From Eledone cirrhosa (Eukaryota): a DNA stretch of 64,000 bases. Made by a program: the position numbers and the translations under genes. Position 1 is the stretch's first letter. Each line of letters begins with the position of its first letter. The notes beneath the pieces were generated by a model that was not told the DNA's origin, did not search any database, and saw nothing but the letters and a program-made list of their open reading frames with translations. Below are positions 25,481 through 37,794 of this stretch, piece after piece. The stretch lies in the NCBI GenBank assembly GCA_964016885.1, contig OZ024741.1, forward strand, positions 22,258,001 to 22,322,000, in the 5' to 3' direction.

Positions 25481-26122
25481 AATGGTTTTAGGCCAACTTT
25501 ACAGAGTGTACTGGGTGCATTTATTCTATAGATCACCAACACTAGGGAGGTTGTTGTGCCCTTGACACTAATGTAAAGTCCTCTTGACCCTTTTTTTGCA
25601 GTTAGATGCCCTTCCTGTCACAAACCATGTAACTGGGTGCAGTTTCATGGCACCAGCACTAGAACTGTTGCCATTTGGTGACTAGATGCTCCTTTCAACC
25701 TTTTTTGGCATGATTTCTACTGCTGGAAGCCTTTCCTAATACTTACCACTTTACAGAGTGTGCTGGGAGCCTTTCAATGTGGACCCAACACTAGGGAGGT
25801 TGTCGGTCATCGACTTGACTGAAGGACCCTCTCTATCGAATGAGAGAGGAGCAGTTTAATTTTTTTTTATATTACACCTTTCCTACCTCAGACTGTGACA
25901 TTTGACACATTCAGAAGAGAATGGACCTTTTCAGATTGTTCGTGACTCGCTTTAATGAAGTATCAGGTTATTCTCTTTGTGGGGGTGCTTGGCTATTCCA
26001 GCACCTTAATCTCTCAATCTCACTCACCTATTTGGGGGCTTTGTGAAAAAATTAAGAATTCCTACAGGGTTTATCAGTAAAGTTGGACACTTCTTCATGA
26101 CATTCTAAAATTTCTACTTTAA

Positions 26123-26342
26123 CCCTTTCGCATTCAAACCGGCTGTATCCAGCCAGAATTCTCTCACCTCTTTCTGTTCAAACTGGCTGTAAATGGCTAC
26201 TAATACTGATGTTAAGGTATTCTTCTCAAAATAAATATCATCAAAATCTCATAGATTCGATATTATGTGAGATAATTATGTGAAATAAAGTGTTTACCAT
26301 GAAAATACAATAGTAAATATAGAGTAATGTAAATGCTAAGGG
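26123..26342 (+). mobile_element. TTAA-flanked MITE (piggyBac-like termini)
   Basis: TTAA|CCCTTTCGCATT ... AATGCTAAGGG|TTAA. Five related copies in the window. Confidence 0.8.
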
Positions 26343-26751
26343 TTAATATGTTATTTTAAAATATAAAATGGTATAGTTTGTGTATGTCTCCATGTCTGTG
26401 TTTAGGTACTGTAACTTGAAAGTTTGATAAAAGAAGTGCAAGGAGACCAGAAAAAAAAAAAGTAGCAATTATATACGACTGACTAATAAATTGTAAGACA
26501 GTTAGAAACCTGACCCAAAACGTTGAGCTCTTTTGCCACATCAAAGAAAGGCCATCACACTACATTCTTTAAAGTGGTTGGTGTAGAGAAAGACATCTTT
26601 GTTATCGAAGGGGGTTGATTAGCAGAGTTGTTAGAGCAGTAATGGGTAACCTGAGGCCCGCAACTCTTTCTGAATGGCTCGCCTAAGTCATCTAAGTGAA
26701 ATCTTTCTGATTTTTTTACCCCAACTTTTCAGTCATAATTTATCTTTCTAA

Positions 26752-27110
26752 AATAAATTTACAGTAGAATAACATAACAAATGTTTTAAATATATACATA
26801 AATAACATTACAAATGCTTAGATAACATTATAAATTTCTCGCGATTCTTTCAGAAGGATATATTCTTTTAATGTTATAATATTAAAGAAAATGTAAAGGA
26901 AGGGGTGAACAACCGAACCAACACCAGAGCAAAAGGCAGCAACGCCAGCACTGGTTCGGTTGTTCACCCCTTCCTTTACATTTTCTTTAATATTGTAACA
27001 TTAAAAGAATATATCTTTCTGAAAGAATCGCGAGCAATTTATAATGTTACTAAGCATTTGTAATGTTATTTAAAACATATTTGTTATGTTATTCTACTGT
27101 AAATTTATTT
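26752..27110. repeat. Fold-back inverted repeat of a CRE-like 3'UTR (arms about 160 bp, spacer about 31 nt)
   Basis: 26752-26920 vs 26952-27110; homologous to 18324-18478. Confidence 0.93.
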
Positions 27111-28664
27111 ATATGGTTTGTATTTATCTTTCTATAATTTTTACGATCGAGGAAAACAACGTGTACGAATTCTGAAGAAACAAATCAAAACAACCTGAGT
27201 TACCGCCCCTTTTTCTAAATGTGGGCACAAATGTAAATAAGCGCTTGTGGTCCGCCTGATGATGAGCCATATCACATACGGGATTTGAACTCAGAATGGC
27301 AAGGGCCGTAACTCTATGCATCAAAGCATGGCGTCCGACCCTCTACCGATACTGCCAATCCACACGTATAGATAATAAATGTGTATATATATATGAGGAG
27401 GATGAGAAGAAAAAGGGAGAGGAGGAGAAAAAGAAGAATGACAACAACAACAATAACAAGTGGAAGTTTGTATGATTTTCATTTTATTTAAAATTAATTT
27501 TGATTTTGATTTGTTCTTCATGCAGCAAGAATTCTAGTGAATATAAAATCCAACATCTTTACATATTATATACATATATACAGATACGATTCAAGAGCAA
27601 AATATGATATCTATATTATTAAAATACTGTATTGGTATTTCAAAAGATCAAAAAAACAAAAAAAAACGAGAGGTTTATTATGTACTGTCAGGTCCCAAAT
27701 ACGAGGGTGGGTGGGAGTAGAATAAGTGGAGGGGTGGGGGAATTGGTAATTTTTTTAGGTTGTCCCTGTTGATTTTTTTAAAAACCAGAATTAGTTATTT
27801 AGTTTACATATTGAGACCCCAAACCATCCTATTTATTTTATAACATAAGGTATTTCTAGTAAGGTACTTTTTTGTCATGTATAATCTTAACTATAATAAA
27901 GAAAGGAGTGCGGGACTGCATCCAGAATATAATTTTTTATCCTGTTTGTAAAATAAGTTGGATTACTTTGAATAAACAATGAATGAATATTACATAATTT
28001 ATCTGCAAAATTTCATAGCTTTTGATTAAATATATTTTATTGCTTATTTAAAGATTCACTTCTTTAAAATTTTCAAATGTCAACACTTCCAGTTAGTGAT
28101 CACTTAAATAAACATTCATATATTTCCGTCACTAATTTTCTCCTAATGCAGTTTATATATAATCTCGTCTTTTTTAAAATGTATCATCGATTACGTTAAT
28201 TATTACGCAGTCTTCATTCAATTTCTGTGTATATTTTCAATTACGATTTTATTTGATGTATCATATCTACATGTATATATACTTGCATATAATATCAATA
28301 TACACACTACACATACTAGCAGAAAATCACCTGAAGGGTGGTTTTTCTGGTAGTGTTTTTAATGTCTAAAGAAAATTAATTGTGACAGAAATGCTACCAC
28401 TTAAAATAAAATTTCACTGGAGATAGATTAGCAAAATTTAATAAACGTGTGCGTGTGTGTGTGTGTGTGGGGGGGGGGGGGGTCCTGAAAATCAATAGGG
28501 GGTGGGGTGATTATTCAAGACCCGGGAGTAATCATTTATAAATTGTATTGATTTGAAGTCCAATTTTAGTTTTCTACTGAATTTTCATTCAAGTCCAAAT
28601 TTTAATTTCAGATTTTAAATATATGTATTTTAAGTTCCTGGTATATATATGTATGTATATATAA

Positions 28665-28702
<38 letters not shown>

Positions 28703-29099
28703 GTATTTGGTTCATGAAAATATGTTTAGCTGAATTTTCAATTAAAATATGTAAAAGCTGGAAGACCAAAAAAAAAAAAAAAAAAAAAAAAATAATCGCC
28801 CTCAAAATGTTTAACCATTATATTTCCATATTGTATTTCAAATAATTAATTAATAATTTTAGGGGGATTTACTAAAATTATTGCAGTTCTTGCATCAAAT
28901 TATGTTGGTAGTTATTAATTTAAATATATACTTTATAAAATAGGTGGTCATACATAGGACCACAGCTGGTTTGGCTTGAGTTGGTATTAAAAGATCTTAA
29001 TGTTGATTATTTCACTATGATACGATGACCCAATGGTAGATGAGAAATTTAAGGGTATTGGAAGTCTGAGAATACAAGCTAGATATTCATTTATCTATG

Positions 29100-29312
29100 A
29101 TAATGATAATGAAAATTATTGTGTATAGTGCTCAGGTGCACTACAACTCATCAAAGGTGCATGTATAGTACATAGGGGTAATGTACAAATGTCAGGAAAG
29201 TGAACAGTGTGTGAGTTATGATATACACATAGACACACACATACATGCATGCGTGTGTATGGAAATTTCAGGAAACATGGAAGTTTTGAAGGATGCAGTG
29301 TGCCGATAGCTA
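29100..29312 (-). mobile_element. CR1-type 3' fragment
   Basis: gtgctcaggtgcactacaactcatcaaaggtgc tail signature. Confidence 0.85.
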
Positions 29313-30031
29313 TGAAAATTGAATATTGTCAGCAAAATCTAGAGAAAAAAAAAAGTTCATTTCAAAGCAGAGAAATCCAAAGATTCTAGCCAGGAAGTGG
29401 AATATAAAACGTTATAAAAATATACCAAAATGATCTTTTCTCACTGTGGAATGTGTATTCTGTGGATACACTGATTATAAAAGCACCAACATCCAGTCAG
29501 ATCTTTTACAAATGTTATTATGAAAGATGACTGAAGATTTTTTCAAAATCTTACTACAAACAAACAAATAAAAAAAAAACAGCAACAAAAATTAAGAAAT
29601 AAATTAATTATACTACTGCTATTTATCATTATCAAACAGCTATTTATCATTATCAGACAGCTATTTGTCATTAACAATTACACATACACACAGATATTTG
29701 ATTTTTAACTAACAGTTCATGGTCATCTCATATTTGTTTCAGGCCTAAGCTAAGTATGACTAATATCCCTCTCTCTCTCTCTGTCTGTGTCTCTGTGTGT
29801 ATGTGTGTGTGGGTGGGTGTGAAGTAGTAGCAGCAGCAGTAGTAGTAGTAGTTGTAGTAGTAGTAAATACAAAATTTAAAATCTGACAACATATAAGAAT
29901 TTAAGTGATTTGGTAAACTCCAAGATTCTGGTCATTTGTATTTGGAGTTTCAGCAGTTTTAGTTGGCAGGTGTTTTCAGCATTACCTTCAATGGTATATA
30001 TTTTATATATGTGTGTATATATAACATACAC

Positions 30032-30124
30032 ATATATATTGGTTGTAACATAAATTCCCGCCGTTGTTATAAAACTTCTTAATAAAAAAAACGGCGGGAA
30101 TGTATGTTACAACCCAATATATAT
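30032..30124. repeat. Short inverted repeat (arms about 34 bp) within TA/CA microsatellite
   Basis: ggttgtaacataaattcccgccgtt vs aacggcgggaatgtatgttacaacc. Confidence 0.85.
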
Positions 30125-30260
30125 ATATAGACACACAATAGACCCTGCATATACATGCACACACATTATGAACCCTGCACATATATAATGTGGACATAGT
30201 GTACCCTTTGGTAACAAATCTAATTCACTCTAGAACTTTATTCATTAAGACACCAATTAA

Positions 30261-30486
30261 CCCTTTAGTGTTCAAACCGGCCAAAACCGGCCAAAACCGG
30301 CCAGAATTCTCTACCTCTTTCTGTTCAAACCGGCTGTAACTGGTCACTCAAACTGATGTTAAGGTATTGTTCAAAATAAATACTTTAAAAATCTCATAGA
30401 TTCGATATTATGTGAGATAATTATGCGAGGTAAAGCCTTTACCATGAAAATAATAGTATATATAAAATAATGTGAATGCTAAAGGG
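30261..30486 (+). mobile_element. TTAA MITE
   Basis: TTAA|CCCTTTAG...CTAAAGGG|TTAA. Confidence 0.82.
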
Positions 30487-30990
30487 TTAAAATTTGTATT
30501 TCGAGACAATTCATTCTAAACCCTCAACCAATACAAAAAGTCTAAATCTAAAACATCTCTTTTCAAAATGAACAATAATATATAATAATATATATATTAT
30601 TTATAAAAATAAATCATATAATAAAAACAATGTTAGAATTGTACAGTAGATATAAGAAGGAATAAACAGAAATGCTATGTCAATACAGCAACCCTATGAC
30701 TCCCTTGCAAGTTATGAGAGAGAAGGGAAACAAAATAAATATAAAATATAGCCAAGTCTTCTTATTGTGTCCACAAGAGTATCAGTTACAAAGCTTAGCT
30801 AGATGTGGTTCCGCCACAGCTGAACACATTGCTGTCCTTTCTCATTAAATTCTGCCAAGTCCAATACTGTGTAGGGGTGTTCCAGCAGGGGTCATATCAG
30901 GAGGTGCTGCATAGGCTGTGGTTTGATACCACAGTCACACATACCGTCCCCATCCTTTAAATATCCTCATTTTGCCAGAGTGACTTTTGC

Positions 30991-31570
30991 ATGTACAGTA
31001 CAGTAGTTAGTATTAGTGGCTCAGACATAGTGTATCTAGGACTACATTATCTAATGTACAGTACAGTAGTTAGTATTAGTGGCTCAGACATAGTGTATCT
31101 AGGACTACATTATCTAATGTACAGTACAGTAGTTAGTATTAGTGGCTCAGACATAGTGTATCTAGGACTACATTATCTAATGTACAGTACAGTAGTTAGT
31201 ATTAGTGGCTCAGACATAGTGTATCTAGGACTACATTATCTAATGTACAGTACAGTAGTTAGTATTAGTGGCTCAGACATAGTGTATCTAGGACTACATT
31301 ATCTAATGTACAGTACAGTAGTTAGTATTAGTGGCTTTCAGACATAGTGTATCTAGGACTACATTATCTAATGTACAGTACAGTAGTTAGTATTAGTGGC
31401 TATCAGACATAGTGTATCTAGGACTATATTATCTAATGTACAGTACAGTAGTTAGTATTAGTGGCTATCAGACATAGTGTATCTAGGACTATATTATCTA
31501 ATGTACAGTACAGTAGTTAGTATTAGTGGCTTTCAGACAGTGTATCTAGGACTACATTATCTAATGTACA
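30991..31570. repeat. 63-bp minisatellite, about 9 copies, flanked by direct repeats of about 220 bp
   Basis: Unit atgtacagtacagtagttagtattagtggctcagacatagtgtatctaggactacattatcta; flanks 30770-30991 and 31587-31793. Confidence 0.95.
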
Positions 31571-32268
31571 CTTCTTCTTATCATATCCACAAGAGTATCA
31601 GTTACAAAGCTTGGCTAAATGTGGTTCCGCCACAGCTGAACACATTGCTGTCCTTTCTCATTAAATTCTGCCAAGTCCAATACTGTGCAGGGGGAATATC
31701 AGGAGGTGCTGCATAGGCTGTGGTTTGATACTGCAGTCACACACACCGTCCCCATCTTTTAAATATCCTCATTTTGCCAGATTGGCTTTTGCACAACCAG
31801 CACCAGATCTTAATCTGTTGAGGCATTTCCACACTGCATAGTTTGTATCTGCTTCAGGGGGGGGGGGGGTAGTGGCTTGCTTATCTTTAGCTCAGGTAGC
31901 CAAGTAATACACTAATAAAACTTTCACACAGAAATTGTTCGACAGGATTCCATTTGTTAACAAGACCTTGTCCAGGACCCCACACCTAAACCAGCTTTGA
32001 CATTCCCAGAAAGCAATGGGTGTCCCATAATCAGATCTGCCCAACACATGTCAGGACAGCCCATCATCTCCATTGATGGAAAATGAAGACAGCCCGGCAT
32101 GAGACTGTGGGGAAACTGACAAGATAGTACTGTATGTTGTTCAGGATTGCTCACTCAGACGGAGGCAATAATGCTAATGCTGGAAATGATGCCTTAGTCT
32201 GGCTTGCTGGTCTCAACCTGCCTCTCTAACCATTGTGTATATGTCATACAAGAAAATTTGTTACCAAA

Positions 32269-32449
32269 TAATTGTTTCTACTTTTGGCACAAGGCCAGCA
32301 ATTACCCAGTGCATTACTGGTACTTTATTTTATCAACCCCGTTGGATGAAAGGCAAAGTTAACCTCGGCAGGATTTGAACTCAGACCATAAAGGGGCGTA
32401 ACTCTATGCTGCAAAGCATGGCGTCTGACCCTCTACCGATACTGCCAAT
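32269..32449 (-). mobile_element. SINE family A
   Basis: Reverse complement of the family consensus. Confidence 0.85.
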
Positions 32450-32889
32450 GGAGAAACATTTGTTACCTTCATTTTCACTACTACAGACTTTTAACAAAGG
32501 ACCCACTGTATATATGTGTATATAAACGCACATATGTGTGTATATGTATACACATGTGTGTATGTGTATACATGTATGTGTGTATGTGTGTGTATCTGTA
32601 TTTCGGTTTATGTCTCATAACTTAACATTTCAAACAAAAATGTATCCTATAATATAAATACTGGGGTTGATATAACCGACTAAATCAAGGTGATGCCCCA
32701 GCATGGTTGCAGTCAAATGACTGAAACAAGTAAATATACAAATATACATATATATAAGCAAAGAGAGATATTTAATTTGTTGGTTATTCAACAAATTTAT
32801 TTATAACAGATTCAAAGCACTCTACAAGTTTTCTGGAGTATAATATCAATGATATTAATAAATGGAAACTATATTTATAAAACCATATT

Positions 32890-32950
32890 TATTTTATTAT
32901 ATATATTTCAAGGGTACCAACATTTTGGTACACTCTCATCAGATAAAATA
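32890..32950 (-). ncRNA. Mirror copy of the hammerhead motif
   Basis: Reverse complement of 33017-33077. Confidence 0.85.
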
Positions 32951-33016
32951 CAAACTGAACCTGAACCGATAAGGTCTGGTTTCTTGGATATGTCACCATT
33001 TATAAAACAAATTTTG

Positions 33017-33077
33017 TATTTTATCTGATGAGAGTGTACCAAAATGTTGGTACCCTTGAAATATATATAATAAAATA
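33017..33077 (+). ncRNA. Type I hammerhead ribozyme motif
   Basis: TATTTTAT [CTGATGA] GAGTGTACCAA-AATG-TTGGTACCCTT [GAA] ATATATAT [A] ATAAAATA: perfect 8-bp stem I, 10 of 11 pairs in stem II, palindromic stem III. Confidence 0.85.
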
Positions 33078-33802
33078 AATATGGTTTTATAAATATAGTT
33101 TCCATTTATTAATATCATTGATATTATACTCCAGAAAACCTGTAGAGTGCTTCGAATCTGTTATAAATAAATTTGTTGAATAACCAACAAATTAAATATC
33201 TCTCTTTGCTTATATATATGTATATATATACACACAAATGGAAGTTCAGTAAAATTGAAGTTGTGGCTGTGGCCAAGCTAATGATATACAATCAGGTATG
33301 TGCAGCAAAGCACTCGATAAGGTTGTGTCACCTTAGAGTAATAACATTTGTTAGAAAGCTTAACAAATTGAAGACTGCGACCGGTGAGCCAGCCACATGA
33401 ACCAAAGCAACATGAAATCCAACTCATGTAATTGACAAACCTGGACCATCTCATCGATATTATGCAATATCTCCGATAGTTTTCTATGAATATATATATA
33501 TGAACACATACACATACACGCACAAACATATATAAATACATATACACAATGGAGAGATGTTCAGATACTGAAAAGTAGGTTAGCGTGATAACTCATATGA
33601 TCTGAGCTGATGCAGTGAGAGAAAAACTTTTTTTTTTATATCAACTTTTTCAGTAGTGGCCAGATTGTTGTGAAAATTTAATGTAAAACTTAAGTAAAGA
33701 CTATAATTTTTAATGTGGTGCCATTTATAGTAATGTTTTGTACTTTTTAATGTCTTCTTAATGCTTTACAGGACATTAAGAGCTAATATATCTTAAATAT
33801 AA

Positions 33803-34059
33803 TTAATTAGAAAGTGAACAAGACAAAATATATTACTCCATTACCAAAGGTTTCTGGATCACAGACGATAATAATATATATGTCTGGATCGTTCGTCAGA
33901 TGTTATGGATAAAAGATATGAAATGAAATTTCATTTCATATCTTTTATCCATAACATCTCTATCTGACGAACGATCCAGACGTATATTATTATCGTCTGT
34001 GATCTAGAAACCTTTGGTAATCGAGTAGTTATATTTTGTGTTGTTCACTTTCTAATTAA
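33803..34059. repeat. Loopless fold-back palindrome centred at 33928/33929
   Basis: gaaatgaaa|tttcatttc centre; arms about 126-131 bp with several substitutions and a 6-nt indel. Confidence 0.95.
33958..34025 (+). ncRNA. Type I hammerhead ribozyme motif (somewhat decayed; mirror copy at about 33836-33903 on minus strand)
   Basis: CTCTAT [CTGACGA] AC GATC CAGACG-loop-CGTCTG T GATC TA [GAA]A CC-TTT-GG T [A] ATCGAG. Base of stem II is mismatched. Confidence 0.7.
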
Positions 34060-34271
34060 ATAGCTCTGTTCTATACATAGAGCACTCTTTTTTCCTTTGC
34101 TTTTCCTTTGGAATTATGTAGCACATATCTTAAATATATATCATTTTGAATAATAACCAAAAGAATGAGATGGTGAATACATGCAGCCGAAATGAGGTTC
34201 CTATGAAGTGTCTCTGAAATAACATTACTCGATAGGGTAATAGCTTGGAGATTAAGGAGTCACTCCTTATA

Positions 34272-34680
34272 ATAATTGTTTCTACTTTTGGCACAAGGCC
34301 AGCAATTATCCCAGTGCATTACTGGTACTTTATTTTATCGACGCCCGTAAGGATGAAAGGCAAAGTTAACCTTGGCAGGATTTGAACTCAGATCATAAAG
34401 GGCCGTAACTCCATGCTGCAAAGCATGGCGTCCGACCCTCTACCAATACTGCCAGTGCTCAGGTGCACTACAGCTCATCAAAGATACATGTATATTACAT
34501 AGAATAATGTACAAATGTCAGAAAAGTGAACAGTGTATGAGTCAGGATGCACACAGGCACACACACACATGCGCACGTGTGTATGGAGGGGGAATATCAG
34601 GTGTAATGATAACGAATTTCGGGAAGCATGGACGTTTTGAAGGCTGCAGTGTCTCGACAGCTAGCAACTGATGCAGGTAG
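34272..34680 (-). mobile_element. SINE family A (34272-34455) joined to a CR1 3' fragment (34454-34680)
   Basis: SINE head tactgccagt runs directly into gtgctcaggtgcactaca. Confidence 0.85.
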
Positions 34681-34994
34681 AGCCACTATTTTGAGAGAGA
34701 GAGAGATCGCAGCTCTAGAACTACAGACATATAATTAGTAGAATGTCTATGCAAGAATTACCGGCCAAATTTTATGGGCAAAGCCAACCGGTAGGGGACC
34801 CAGAGGTAGACCATGAGCATGATAGTTGGATAACATACATAAGCTGTGTTGGTCGGGGGTTGCTTCTGGTAGGACCTCTAGGGAAGTATGTCTGATGACT
34901 CTGGCCCCACAACCTTCTCAAGAATATGTGGCTGAAGAAGACAACAACTTAGCAGAAAAGAAATTTATCAGTAAAGGATCAGTTGAGAAACAAA

Positions 34995-35680
34995 CACACA
35001 CACACAGAGACACACACATACATTGTCTTAGACAGAGGAATATTAGCACACACAGAGACACACACACATTGTCTTAGACAGAGGAATATTAGCACACACA
35101 GAGACACACACATATACACACATACATTGTCTTAGACAGAGGAATATTAGCACACACAGAGACACACACACATTGTCTTAGACAGAGGAATATTAGCACA
35201 CACAGAGACACACACACATATACACACACATTGTCTTAGACAGAGGAATATTAGCACACACAGAGACACACACATATACACACATACATTGTCTTAGACA
35301 GAGGAATATTAGCACACACAGAGACACACACACATTGTCTTAGACAGAGGAATATTAGCACACACAGAGACACACACACATACACACACACATTGTCTTA
35401 GACAGAGGAATATTAGCACACACATATACACACACACAGATATACACACATACATTGTCTTAGACAGAGGAATATTAGCACACACAGAGACACACACACA
35501 TTGTCTTAGACAGAGGAATATTAGCACACACAGAGACACACACACATATATACACACATACACACATACATTGTCTTAGACAGAGGAATATTAACACACA
35601 CAGACACAGACATTGTCTTAGAGGAATATTAAAACACACAGACAGACAGACACAGACACACAGACATTTTCTTAGAGGAA
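34995..35680. repeat. Minisatellite with constant core cattgtcttagacagaggaatattag and variable (CA)n spacers, about 13 copies
   Basis: Core repeats every 45-70 bp. Confidence 0.93.
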
Positions 35681-37042
35681 TAATAACTGGAAATAAAATC
35701 CTAAATGACAAAAACAATTCCATTCAAAAATATAATCTACCGTTTAGTGATTGTCAGTTGTAAATATTTAAAATAATGGCCGAGATTTTTTCTACAAACA
35801 TTACACAGTATTACACAACTGTCGTATACAGTATTACACTATATTACACATTACACAACATTACACTGTACTACACAGCAGTACACAATATTACACATTT
35901 CATAGTATTACACAGTACACACTATTACACAACAGCACATGGTATTACACATTACATAATACTACACAACATTACACTGTATTACATATTACAGTGTATT
36001 ACATAGTATTACATATTACACAGTATTACACTGGATTCAGTCATGTCATAGAAATATTTTATAGTTTTTGGCTCATAATAGCTTATAAATATACGGGGGG
36101 GGGCTTCCTGGCTTTTAGGGTATCACAGAAGGGTAGAACTGCTGCAACAAGTGTGTGAATCTGAGAGGGAAATATGTTGAATAAAATCATAATTAACTGA
36201 TCCTCCTGCATTTTCTTTTACTCAAAGCCAGGAAGTTTTCAGCACCTCCTTGTATACTAATTATCATCATCACCCGTTTTCCCTGCTAGCAACGGTTGAA
36301 CAGGTTATCACAGACCAAATCAGTACTCAAGCAAAGCTACTAACCTTTCAGATAGGCCAGGGGCCCTATTTTTTGCTTAACTATATTTCTGCACTCTACA
36401 GAGTGCCCTAGGTGTATTTTATTATGGCACCAACACAAGGGGGTGGGGTGACATGTCTTTGAGACAAATGAGGATTCTTCCCAATCCTTTTGACAGGTTT
36501 TCCACAGCTAGATACCCTTCCTAGCACCAACCACTTTACAGAGTGTACTGGGTGTATGTATTGTGTAGATTACCAACACTAGAGAGGTTGACACAATTGA
36601 ACAGTTCTCTTGACCCCTTTTTTGGACATAGTTTCTATAGCTGAAGGCTCTACCTATTACTAATCACCATACAGGATATACTGTGCATTTTTTTGAGGCA
36701 CCAGTTGCCATGTCAGGAATGGAGGGTCCTCTCAATCATCTATGGCTGGAATCCCTAACACCAACCACATTACAAAGTATACTGGGTGCATATATATTAC
36801 ATGGTTCTACTGAGATGAATTTGAAGCTACTTGTCACTACTGCAGCAACTGAGATGACTGTACCAGGCCCAAAACGAATTGCTGGGTTTGATTGTGAAAA
36901 ATTGCTCAGTAACAAATTTACTGAGCTGGAAGATATGTTTAAGGATAAAGAAGGATGGAGAGGAATTGTTCATGATAAATTTACTGTCCATCAGACATAA
37001 GGATGAGGATGAATCTCACTTATTTGACTAAAGGTAATTACA

Positions 37043-37074
<32 letters not shown>

Positions 37075-37376
37075 TACCTTCAACTTGCACTGCTGGTCCC
37101 TCTATTGGATCGATGTGGGGGAGACTGTCTTTCTCCCAATTATTCTCCTCATTTAGTAGCCTTTCGTAGTGACACTTCCAAGCTACCTTCTTATCAGCGT
37201 CAGTGATGGCAAGTACACCATCATCATTAAGGACACACTTCTCCCCGACAATATCACGGTTTTCCTTGACACATTGCCTAGCAATCCTGAACACCTCACG
37301 TTTTTGGTCCTCGCGTTGTAGAACATGCTTGAACTTTCTTTCCTCTGCTTCCCTTCTTGTGAAGTACACTTGTCAC
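37075..37376 (-). mobile_element. RTE-like LINE internal fragment
   Basis: VFRIARQCVKENRDIVGEKC...AWKCHYERLLNEEN (APE-RT linker). Confidence 0.75.
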
Positions 37377-37794
37377 TTCATGATGATGATGATGATATAT
37401 ATATATAGTTGTCCATAGTTTCCAGTGAAAGGACGATGTGGAAGAGGAAGACAAAATAAAACCTGGACAGAAGTGGTGAGGGTTAATTATAAAATGCTGA
37501 ACCTCATGGAAAAGATCATGGAAATGCATCAAGCAGACTGAAGGTGTACTGGAGATGAAGTGCCCCACCCATACTTGAAAGGAAAGGATGTAAAATGATT
37601 CAGAACATCAACCTTCTAGAAATCCCTCCTCAGTAAAAGTTAGAGTTTAGGAGTTAGTTGTGAGGGTCACAATTAGCCTCACCATCTGATGACCCTTGCG
37701 GTGTGACCAATTGTCGCTCTTGGAGGTGAATTGATGTGACTTTTCTTTTTTTTTTTGCTTTGATTAAATATTTTTGTGCATTATATATACATAT

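Larger units (their letters stand above)
32742..33225. repeat. Fold-back palindrome, 213-bp arms, 58-nt spacer
   Basis: 32742-32954 vs 33013-33225, two substitutions seen. Confidence 0.97.

Noticed and set aside
27683-28530. Possible old DNA transposon with degenerate termini
   Set aside because: Only about 13 of 19 terminal bases match and there is no coding remnant; too weak to call.
34995-35680. Constant repeat with variable spacers, superficially CRISPR-like
   Set aside because: Spacers are only (CA)n length variants, the context is eukaryotic and there are no cas genes.
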